NCBI GenBank assembly: GCA_000165425.1
Contig: CT867985.1
Location: forward strand, 372,001 to 436,000
Source: Paramecium tetraurelia
Taxonomy: Eukaryota
Direction of reading: 5' to 3'
Length of the DNA: 64,000 nt
Under the pieces are notes generated by a model, which was not told the origin of the DNA, ran no database searches, and saw only the letters and a list, made by a program, of their open reading frames with translations. Below are positions 52,365 through 64,000 of the stretch, piece by piece. A program made the position numbers and the translations under genes. How positions within the stretch are numbered: position 1 is the first letter of the stretch; each line of letters begins with the position of its first letter.

Positions 52365-53543
52365 ATGAGCTTAATCCGTTTTAATTTATTGCTTTTGACC
52401 ATAGGGGTATGTTTATCAGCCATGACACCTTAAGCCTCATTATTGATGAAGTCATTCCACTAAGTATGAACAAGTATTGAGTCTTGTAGTTTGGCTAAAG
52501 TCCCTATAGTGATTAATTAAAAGAATTGGTACAAATCAAATTGGAGACAGGAGCTTAAGTTGATGAAGTTCTGAAACTAATCCAAGAATTGTTGGATTCA
52601 TTGAAATCAGATTAAGTTGATGATGATGTTGAACACTCAAGATAAATGACAGTTTTCGATTAAGAATATTAGTGAATTGGAAGATGATCTCTCCAAATTA
52701 AATACAGATTTGGCAAATGCAAATGTTCTCATTTAAACCTTGGCTGAATTATTGGTCATTTTAAGAGAAACTATTATTACATATGAAAAACAATTGTCTA
52801 TCCTGAATGAGCAAGAATAATTCATTAGAAATGCCAGGGCTGCTGATGTCAAAGCTTATAATAGAAGAGTTGAATCTGCAAATAAAGTCATTAATGCATT
52901 AAATCTCATTATTCAAAAACTAAGCAAAGCTGTTGATGAATAAACTACGGATGAAAATAGATAAGCCATATTAGCTTAAATACACAGTGAATGTCACGAA
53001 CAATTTGGACCAAATCATCCAATCACAATTTTGGTTAAATTAACAACCAGATTCGATGTTCCAACAGTTTAAAGAATTTTAGAGAAGTTAGAGTAAATTA
53101 GAGATGCAGCTACTAAAAGTTTAAATGAAGACATTGCAGCTGAAGAAGTGGCATCAACTAATTTTGATAATTCTATGACCGAAATTGAAACTTTGAGAAA
53201 GAGATTATCCACAGATCTTGAAAACTTGAATCAATAATTCAATGACAAATTCAATTAACAAGTAAGAACCTTAAGAAATATTAATAGAAAATTGTCTTGG
53301 CTTAAAAAGAATAACTTCTTATTGATATTCCAATTACTGAAGAATTACTTCAATTAACTAAAGAATAAAAGGAATAATATCATTAAGCTTATATTAGCAG
53401 ATAAACTCAAAGGTATTATTAATCTATGATTAAAATAAAGGCTCGCTGAAATCGATGTTGTCTAAAAAGCCTATAATCTAGTTTTTGACCATGTTGATTC
53501 AGTAAAAAAATCAGAAGATCTTACAGCTAAACTTAACAGTTGA
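52365..53543 (+). CDS. Trichocyst matrix protein-like precursor (apparent 1-nt frameshift at ~52660)
   Basis: Signal peptide; LETGAQVDEVLKLIQELLDSLKSDQVDDD and TVQRILEKLEQIRD repeat units typical of TMP/GRL proteins. Confidence 0.75.
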
Positions 53544-53774
53544 TTTCTATAATAATAAATAATATTTAACCAACAATTCTATTCATACTTCATTTGTAAT
53601 GAAATTACTACAGAAGAATCAACATTTCCATAAAATTTAATGGAATTAAAAAATTCAGACTCCATATATTTCAATTAAAAATATAGTCTCTAAATTTAGG
53701 TGGTTTAAACTTTAAAATTTATAATTCTGAGGAATTCAAATTATTAATTAATTATAAAATTATTCACATTTACT

Positions 53775-54833
53775 TCACAGCAGCAACTTCAATTTATCGG
53801 TTTCAGAACCATTGATGCTTTTAAATAGTTTCTTAGCCTATTACATAATTATAAACAATATTTACATATTATACATTATGTTAGATTGCAGCAGGATATA
53901 CTTTTTCGTCAGTAAACAAAAGAAGTATAAACGTATTATCAGTAAACTCTACAATTTGTACATTAAATTTCTATGATTTTACCATTATAGTTTATATGTC
54001 AATTTAAGCCATTTTGCAAGAGAGTTTAAACTGCTTAATAATATTAGATATCCTCTCATATTTTAATATATCTAAGATTACACTAACACACATACCTTTC
54101 TTCTCATTTACATCTACGAAATCAATAACAAGATAACTTTATTTTTCGAATAATACAACCTCATCACAACTGCATTTAGTGCAAAAGGTTTTCAAACTGT
54201 TATGAATTATATCTCTGTCAGGTATTAAGTTCTAAACGATCTGCGACCATGCTTTATATAATGTTTCATCCCATATACAAGTTGCAAATATTTCTTTCAC
54301 CTCTATATTAAATCCTTCAGAATCTTATATTATTTTTTTGTATTTACGCTGAATAGCATTTTATATTTACCTCGAATACCATTTTTCTGTCGCTTTCCTT
54401 AATTTTATCAAACTTATTTATTAAAACAAAAACTTTAGATCCTGGCGAATATTCTGATAAATTAGACAGTGTAGTTTTGTAAGTAATCAATTCAGAATTA
54501 AATTATTCTCCCTCTGTCTCAACATCAAATAAATAAACTAGAACTTCAACAGTAGAAAAAATAGTCTCTTTTAAATCAAATAAGTATTTTTTCTATTCCT
54601 CTGGCTTAAAGATGTTAAAGTAAATTTACCTAGCCTGGTATATCAAGTAAATCTATATGGAGATTTCCCATAAATCTCACATTAATTTTAGAAACATTTG
54701 TAGTGACTCCTATTTATTAAAGCTCTTTTATAGGAGCACAAGCAAAGATAACTTTATGCATAGACGATTTTCCACTCTTCTATTAACCCATGAGCAATAA
54801 TTTCTTCAACTAATTTTCTGTATTGTTGAACAT
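53775..54833 (-). CDS. Rag/Gtr1 (RagA-type) GTPase, divergent
   Basis: KKLLLMGQQKSGKSSM, VRFMGNL..DIPGQ, IFSTVEVLVYLFDVE, TCIWDETLYKAWSQIV, DEVVLFE. Confidence 0.9.
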
Positions 54834-55420
54834 CAATTCTAAATATTTAATTATTTCTCAATAATATGTCATATAGAATTTATATTGAATTATTCTTTCA
54901 TAAAATTTTAATTAGAGATTTATTATAGAAGAAATTTAACTCCTCTGATGAAATTCCCAAATACTCAGATAATCTAATTAAAGCGACTCAAAGTATATCT
55001 GTTTCACAATGATATCTTAAATTCTATAGACCAATTAAATCCTTTATTTATTATCAATGAGAATTTCATGATATTATATTTTCACATCTTGGTAATCAAG
55101 AATTTCAATTGGAATTCAGATTTTCGAGATAGTTATCTTATTAATAATTTTAAGTATTTTGGTAATATTTTGTTTAAACTACATTATTTTAAATTATATA
55201 TAAAATAAAAAGTTAAAATTGAATTCAATACTTTCATTCTCTTTACATATGTGTCAAATTTACACTTTTGAAAAGTATTATCTTATGGTCAGAGTAGCAA
55301 AACTTTCAATAAAAAGAATCCCATAAAATTGATGCAGTTTTGTAATCAAACATAGTAAAAATTTGTTAATTTTATAATTATGTTATTAACATAAATTCGT
55401 TTTATAATTATTTATAAAAT

Positions 55421-55773
55421 ATGTAATAAACTAATGATGACTAGATTCCATTGAATATACCAAATGAGTAGTATTAATTACCTGAATAACTTGATGGTAT
55501 AGAAATTATGTTATTCGAAGAATTTGGCTAGCCAGTAATGTTCAAATGCAGTTCTTGCGGAGTTTAGGCAGTTTCTATATTACAGCATAAGCCAGGAACT
55601 CACACTTGGTTATGCTGTGTCACTCTGTGCATTTTTGGAGCATTTTTAGCTTTCTTGCCATTTTATTTGAAAGATTGCCAAGATGTTACACATGTCTGTC
55701 CGGCTTGCAGTCAACCTGTATTATTATATAGAATATATGATAGAAAGGAGTTAAACAATTTAAGGCATGTTGA
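55421..55773 (+). CDS. LITAF-domain protein
   Basis: PVMFKCSSC...hydrophobic helix...CQDVTHVCPAC. Confidence 0.9.
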
Positions 55774-55825
55774 TGAAATAAGACATATTATTTTACAAAA
55801 TCATATATATTAAATTTTAAAACCT

Positions 55826-56905
55826 ATGTCCACATATTCATTATATCCTGTGATGCATGAGGCAAATACATTTGAAATATTCTCGATGCTTTTACAGATA
55901 GGGCTTGATAGAGCCAACAATACTAAGACGATCTAGCAGAGACTTAACCAAACTGAGCATATCAAAACTCCAACCGATTTCTTATCTTTTGTTAATGTTA
56001 ATGAGAAATGCTTAACTCAATCACTTAAATAGGAGAAACAAAGAGTGGAATAGGAATTTGCTCTCATTGAAATGCTGGTCCCAAACAAATCGAAAACACA
56101 TTTGATGTATAAGATTTGAATGATGAAGGTCCTTCTATCATTTATCACTAAAACTAATAACGTAGTGGTTACCTCAATTCCAGGTGAAGGTGAACTTGTC
56201 TGGAGAATTTTTAGACATAGCAGAACTTTATGGTTAATTTTTTATTGCATCTGGGATGAACCATCGATTACAATAGATACAGGCGATCAAGAAGAATAAT
56301 TTGTATGATAAAGTAATAAAGGGGATTAAATTAGATTCCTTTTATGCCTCTCCTTATGAAGTGGTTACACGAATATTGCAGATCACAATTTAACAAATTG
56401 TTCTCTTCCCTCTATGGAACTATAACCTAAATGAAATCTAATTATGTACTACTAACGAATATTTAAATAGAAACAAATTGTTAGCAAACCAAAGGAAGAG
56501 ATTTTTTCACCTAGAGTAAATAAGATGGCAATAAGCAGACCAACCTCTTGTATTATTAACAAAACACGAAGCATTAGTAATTACAGCATTCGTAAAACAT
56601 CATAAGTGGTCTCTAAACGTAACAATAATTAAGCAGTCTCCAAATTAATTAATTTAATTTCTGATGTTATTGATATTGATCTTACTCATTATGACTAATA
56701 AACTCATAAAAAAAAAGAATAAATCTTTAGCACTCTTTGGAGCAAAAATTTTCATGTCAGATCTACACATGAAAAATATCAACAAACTTATGGACTTCAA
56801 AAACCATAAATTTCATCCCATTTTTTCAGTACTCAAAATAAAAGACCAGCTAGCTTTTTTAAGCATTCATTTCATATAGACAATAATAATCTTAGTTTAT
56901 TTTGA
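55826..56905 (+). CDS. Hypothetical protein
   Basis: Frame joined by three short introns (one only 19 nt, uncertain); TGA 56903-56905. Confidence 0.55.
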
Positions 56906-56951
56906 TGAATAGTTTTGTTTATGTTTTTTCGTATTTTATTTAATATTATAA

Positions 56952-58833
56952 TCATTATTTAAGTTGAGCCCTTAGAATCTGATTTTCCTATAAGACTTAG
57001 TCTAATTTATCTTTCCTTTGCTGTTAATCTTAGAAGTATCGTATCTACTCTTTTAGTGTTCCAATTTAATTAGCTTAGATGCCTGCTTCTACTTATAACT
57101 TTATTAATCAATATTATACATTCTATCTTTTTTCAATTTCATCTCTACATAGAGCCTAAACATCCTTATATTATTATTGGATGTGATGAATTTCTTATTT
57201 TAAGTTATCATTGATTTCTAATAACTTCTCCAGATCTTCCTTCTATGATTAATATTTGATTTATTGATTTTATAACTATTTTATTTCTTCCTCCAACAGA
57301 TGAATATTTTACTATGATGATATTTATTCACTCTTAAACACCTTACTCATTTTATCCTTTTCTTCTAACATTTCATTGATCAGCATTTTCTTATCCTACA
57401 ATTAGCTTTTAAGAACTCTGATTTCCATGACTTATTAATCTACTAATTTCTTTATCTAAGATTAATCTTCCTATTTTTAATATTGAAGATTATACTTATT
57501 TTTATTTAATATCCTAATACTCTAAATTAATGATTTCTAATTCTTTCTTTTGAATATTAATCTATTCAATCTATGAGGCAATTTATTTTTCTAACTAATT
57601 AATTTATTCTTATCTGCTATCCAAAGAATTTTAGAATCTGATCTTCATGTTCTCAAGAATTTATTCTGATTGCTTTTTTTACAAATCAATTTGCTTTGTC
57701 AAGAAATCATCTAATTTAATATATTCTAACTGCGCTCTTTCTAATTACTCCCCTAATCTTTTGCATTCTTTTATTAATTATTCCTTAGTCAATTACTCAT
57801 CAGAAATATTAGGATTTTTTTTCATTTTCTCTAATTGCAATTGATTCTTAATATCTTTCTCTTGATTCAAAAGTTCATTGTTCATTAACTAATACATCTT
57901 CATCTCTTCACCTATTCTAGTATTCTCTTTAATCAATTCTTATATTTTAAATTCGTATTGGCTAAATTAATCCTTTAAAGAATCATTGTCCTTAAGTAAA
58001 GAGTTAAATTTAATTTAGAGACTTTCAAGTTCAATTTCCTTTTGGTTGACTTGGTCGAAAGCATTCTTCTATATAATGTTCATTTTATTAGAAATTAACA
58101 TGATTTAATTTCTGAGTTCATGATTATTATCTTCATAACTGCTTAATTAAGAGGATAACTCAACAATCTTCTCCAAAGCTTCTTTATATTATGAATTAAT
58201 TCTAACAAGTTCTCTGCTAATATCGTATTCTCTTTCTTGACATTATTTGAAATTCTATTGCTATTACTCAAACAAATCTCGAGCATTACTCAATTCAGTT
58301 TCTAAATTGTTGATCACATCATCATTTTGATTTCTTCTCAACCCTTCCAAATGTGTAATCAATAGATTATTCTCATCCTATAGCGATTAAAGTTAAAATT
58401 TGAGATCCTAAATTTCCTCGTTAATTTATGTTTTTTAATTCAATAGAAAATGCTGCATTTCATTAGTCTTCAAATCTAAGTGCTTCTTTATTACTAAATT
58501 GTCATCAATTAATCTCTCAACCATTGTAGTTAATTCAACAATATCATTAGATTATTTGAAACATTCATGTTTTAATAGTTTATTTTCATCTGTGAGTGCA
58601 GATAACAAAGGGGATATTTTGGCAGGATCAATCAATAGATTTACATTCTCGAACGAGTATTGTTTCCATTAAGCCAATTTCGTATATGCAGTTATAGGAG
58701 CCTTTTATGAACCTAAATAAGCAATGTATTCAGCATATTTTTAATTGGTCTTAAAAACATGTTCGGGTGCTCTGTTTGGATCTTCAATCATGAGTTTCTA
58801 TAGATATTATGCTGAAGGTCCTTTAGATTGCAT
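56952..58833 (-). CDS. Long coiled-coil protein, CEP89/CCDC123-like
   Basis: LIDPAKISPLLSAL, VERLIDDN and LQDENNLLITHLE resemble remembered CEP89 segments (LDPKYLSPLLLAY, VVKEN, EENKLLLEQL). Confidence 0.55.
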
Positions 58834-58867
58834 TATTTTTATTTTAAATTTAACATACAAAACATTT

Positions 58868-60311
58868 TCATTTAACAGATTAATTTTCTCCAAACTTTTC
58901 TTCAATCCATCTCATAGTAATAGATCCTGGTCTTTCAATTGGTAATCCAAAGGCTCTAGCCCAAACCAAGTTTGCTGTGCATCCAAGGGCTCTTGAGACA
59001 GCAAACACGACTGTGTAATATTCAAATTCTTTCAATCCATAATGATTTAATAGAACTCCTGAATGAGCATCAACATTAGGCCATGGATTTTAAATCTTTC
59101 CTATTGTCTTGAGAACAGGGGGAATAACATGATAGCATTATTTAACGAGCTCAACAAGTGGATCATTCTTAATCAATCTTTCGGCAAAATTCTTTTAATG
59201 AATATATCTAGGATCAGTATATCTTAAGACAGCGTGTCCATATCCTGGTACTACTTTTCCTTCTCTAATGGTATTTAACACGTATTCTTGGATCTTTTCA
59301 TTTGATACTTTATCTCCTAATTTTTCCTATTTGTATTATGAACTAATTTTACTCTTATTTCAATCAACCATTTAAGAACTTCTTAATTTGCTAAGCCATG
59401 AAGAGGACCAGCCAAACCATTAATACCAGCTGAATATGATAAGTATTGATCAGCCAAAGCAGAACCAACTAAATGAGTAGCATGGGCACTCACATTTCCT
59501 CCTTCATGATCTGCATGAATGCTTAAGTACATTCTAAATAATTCATATGCATCAAATTAATTGAAACCCATCATATGAGAGTAATTGGCTGCCCAATCTA
59601 ATGAACTGTCACTGTTAATCAATTCACCATTCTATTTACATATATTATTTAATTTACTTTATATTTATGTCTATAAATTAAAGCTGCAACTCTTGGAAGT
59701 TTGGCAACTAAGTCCATAGCATCTTCATAGTAGTATTCCCAATATTATGGTTTAGTGGCTTTTCCGCTTTCATAAGCCTATTAAAATGTTGAATCCTTTT
59801 GTAAATATAAGACACTCTGTGACAACATTGTCATTGGATGTAATTATTTTGGAAGACTAGTTATGAATTTCACTGTCTCTTAGTCTAATTCTCCTCTTCT
59901 CTTCCATTCCTCTTAAACAAATTTAAATTCTTGATCTGATGGAAAGTCACCTGTCAATAACAACCAAAACAAAGCTTCAGGCAAGGGCTCATTACCATTC
60001 TTAGCCTTCTAGAGGTACTCCTAAATCTCTGGAATGTTGTAATCTCTGAATGTGATACCCTATCAAGTAACAATACAAAGTACAGTTTTTGAATCCAACA
60101 GTGAAATATCATAAAACAATCCAAACACATTTCTCATTCCTCCTATGGCTTGATCCACAGTCACTTTGCAGATCTCTTTCTATCCATATTGCTTTCTAAT
60201 GTCCCTTAATATAGCTTATTTAACCGGTATAATCTATCTCAACCTTTCCTTTAGGAGGTTAGATGAATGGAAAGTGCATTTGCTATTGAATGATTTGAAT
60301 AAATGTTACAT
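58868..60311 (-). CDS. CS: Citrate synthase, mitochondrial type
   Basis: [50 protein letters not shown]. Confidence 0.98.
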
Positions 60312-61208
60312 TTAATATCAATTTTAAATATTAGCAAATTCTATTTTTAAACCATATCTTATGCTAATATTCTTAAAGTGTGCAATTAATCAACGTATTA
60401 TTATTTTAAATAAATTAAATCACAATTTATTTATAATCTGTATTATGTAATATAATTAATAAAGCCATTTCTACTAATATATTATTGTATTTAACAAAAT
60501 AATTAATGTATATTACTACTAATTTTGGATACTAACTAGATGGGATCAGGCTATTAAATAATAATTAAGTGATTAGTGACTAAAAGATCAATAACTACTA
60601 TTGTCTCGTCTATCTAACTTAAGCTATTTCATTAGATATTCCAAATAATAAGGGATTCCAAACAGGAAACTATAACATTCTATTTAAAAACAATCAATAA
60701 GACAATATTTATTTATTATTATATTTTCTTCTATTTATAAACATATTTTCTATTCACTATCTGATTTTCAAAATATCTAAGTACTTTATTAAATGAAACA
60801 TTAAAAGAATTATCAGTTGTTGTTCTTTTCTGTGTTTATTGACTTAGATTGTATTTAAAATAAGATTGAAGAACCAATTCTTCTAACTGAAACAAAGTTT
60901 AGTATGAAGTTGAATATAATCAAATCTATATTTTAATAATGTTTCTTTTATGGATGGAAATCATTTCTTCCTCAGACTCAGATTAGTCTCATCTTAAACA
61001 AATATATTGGAAAGATATTCTCAAGCGATGAGGAAGTAAAAGAAAATATAATGGCATAATTTGAACTATTTAATTATAAAATAATGATTAATTAATAAAA
61101 TGACGAGATATTAAATTTTTAGTATAAATTTTTATAATAATTATTTTAGGATATATATCTTAAAAAGTATTAAAAATTAGCTCTTATTAATTATAATAAA
61201 AAAATCAA

Positions 61209-62023
<815 letters not shown>

Positions 62024-62096
62024 TTTTCATCTAATTTAACTTATTTTTTTTAGTGCTTTGCAAATTTCTTATTAATAATTAATTATATAATAATAT

Positions 62097-64000
62097 ATGG
62101 TTAAAATCGTATAAGCAACCAAATTGCTTAAATCAAGGCGTCTAACTAGGTTAAAACTGAGTAAACTATCATTGTAATCTAAACAAATTGTACCTAATAA
62201 AAAAGAATAAGAAACCAAATAGGTTCAAATTATAAATGAGGATTAATTTATTACGCATATAGAACCAATTAAATAGTTATTGCCTTTCTATCAAGGGGGT
62301 AAAATACAAATAACAAATAATGTGATATATACATGTTTCAATTTTTGTGTGCAATATCTTGATAAGAAAATTCAACATAATCAAGAAGAAATAGCAAATT
62401 TTTGTGTGAGCAATCTAAATGATTATATCGCAACATTTACAAAGAATTATATGCTCAGATATGTTAGATTGAATGATCATATCACCTAATTTACAATTAA
62501 GACAGATCCTCTATTTGCCATTGATATGTAATTTAGTCCAGAAGATGTCTACTTGGCTTTAGGTGGTACAAATTGCATGGTCAAAATTATAAATGTTAAA
62601 AAGAACCAACAAAGTACTGAATTCAGAGTCAGTGGAAGTGTTCTCAAATTATAATGGATTCCTATTATGAGGAAATTACAAGTGGCAATTGCCACAGATG
62701 ACAGACGCATCTCATTATTTGATTTAGTAGCAAACAGAATACTGTGCGGTTTCGTTGACTTTAATAGTAGGATAACCCATATTTAGTTTAGTCAGCATAT
62801 GTTGGTGTCAAGTTGCAATAAATACATTAAATTTTGGGACACAAGCGTATAAAAATTGACTGAAACCATAGAGTTTGATATTGAAATTGAGACATTCATT
62901 TATTTCAAAAATACCCTTATCATAGGTACAGAATCTGGAGATTTACATATTAAATAGCAAAACAAAAAAATTGCTATAGATTCATAATTTAATGGCTAAT
63001 AAATATTGAAATTTATTAACTGCAATGAGAAATTGTATATCATAACAAGTGAATTGCATATTTATATTACTGAATTAGTATCTGGACAAATACAATAGTA
63101 AAAATTATTATTAGGATATAATGATGAAATACTAGATGTAAAGTTTATTCAAAATAACCAATTGCTTTTGGCTACAAATTCCCCATTTATGAAGTAAGAT
63201 TAAATATCAATCTTTTAGGATATTAAATTTAGATAGCATGGAGGTCATTGCATGGAAGGCTCATTACAGTGTGATCATGTGTTGTGAATTTATTGATGAT
63301 CTAATAGTAACAGCATCCAAAGATAATTGCGTCATTATATTCAAGTATAAGGGATTCAAACAACCTATAGAGTTACACAAATATAGTGGTCATTCTGATG
63401 ATGTAATTTCAATAGATGTCAATTCCAAATATATTGCATCTGTTTCAAAAGACAAATCACTTAAGTTATGGGATTTAAAGAATTATCAATCTGAATAATC
63501 TATAAAAACTGTTGTTGCTCATGAGAAAGAGATGAATTGTGTTCGATTCTCACCAAATAATAAACTTATTGCCACATCTTCCTAAGATAGACTTATTAAA
63601 TTATGGGATGAAAATTTAATGAATAAGATGACACTTAAAGGTCACAAAAGAGGAGTCTGGGATATATAGTTTTCTCCAATTGAAAAAATATTGGCTTCTG
63701 CAAGTGGAGACAATACTATTAAGCTCTGGAATCTTAGTGATGGCTCTATCATTAAATCCTTCTAAGGAGTGGCTCCTCAACTAAAAGTGTAATGGCTTGC
63801 CAGAGGATCTGAACTAATAAGTACTGATTCTATTGGTAATATTAAATTATGGAATGTCAAAAAATAAACTTGTATTAATACTTTCTCACAACATACTGGT
63901 AAAATTTATGCCTTGGATATAAAGAGAGATAATCAAGATATTTATATAGTGACTGGAGCAAATGATTCCAATCTAATTCTATGGAAAGATAAGACAGAGT
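62097..64000 (+). CDS. UTP13: U3 snoRNP WD40 protein UTP13/TBL3 (runs off the window)
   Basis: PFYQGGKIQ, GYNDEILDVKF, ATNSP, AHEKEMN..RFSPNNKLIATSSQDR, GHKRGVWDIQFSP. Confidence 0.9.

Noticed and set aside
60312..61208. Possible gene between citrate synthase and adenylate kinase
   Set aside because: No continuous frame on either strand with plausible introns.

Overview
This is eukaryotic DNA, not prokaryotic: very AT-rich, gene-dense ciliate sequence, almost certainly Paramecium macronuclear DNA (inferred from the genetic code, intron size and trichocyst-type genes). TAA/TAG read as Gln, TGA is the only stop, and genes carry ~20-30 nt GT..AG introns. The supplied standard-code ORF track is therefore mostly fragments and antisense artefacts, so I re-translated by eye with translation table 6. 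About 45 genes are present. Recognisable ones: Slu7 (partial), a multidomain monothiol glutaredoxin, a TCBP-25-like EF-hand protein, Mic10, TIP41, a Qc-SNARE, RPS9, Spt4, a TLDc protein, a PQ-loop protein, TMEM110/STIMATE, an ankyrin protein, CFAP95, SURF1, an M20 peptidase, a UBL+MBT/Tudor protein, a PAQR, Tudor-SN, UTP21, CCT6, NDUFV2, two trichocyst-matrix-type genes, a RagA/Gtr1-type GTPase, LITAF, a CEP89-like protein, citrate synthase, adenylate kinase and UTP13 (partial). There are also several decayed genes. I saw no telomeric repeats, transposases, rRNA, tRNA or CRISPR. The most notable items are a stand-alone Chs5-N/DUF3006-like microprotein, a membrane-anchored P-loop pseudo-ATPase with a winged-helix-like tail, a small CaaX protein with PP1-docking motifs, a RagA with altered G motifs, and a paralog pair from an uncharacterised family. 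All identifications are motif recognition from memory, not database searches, and exon boundaries are hand-derived.
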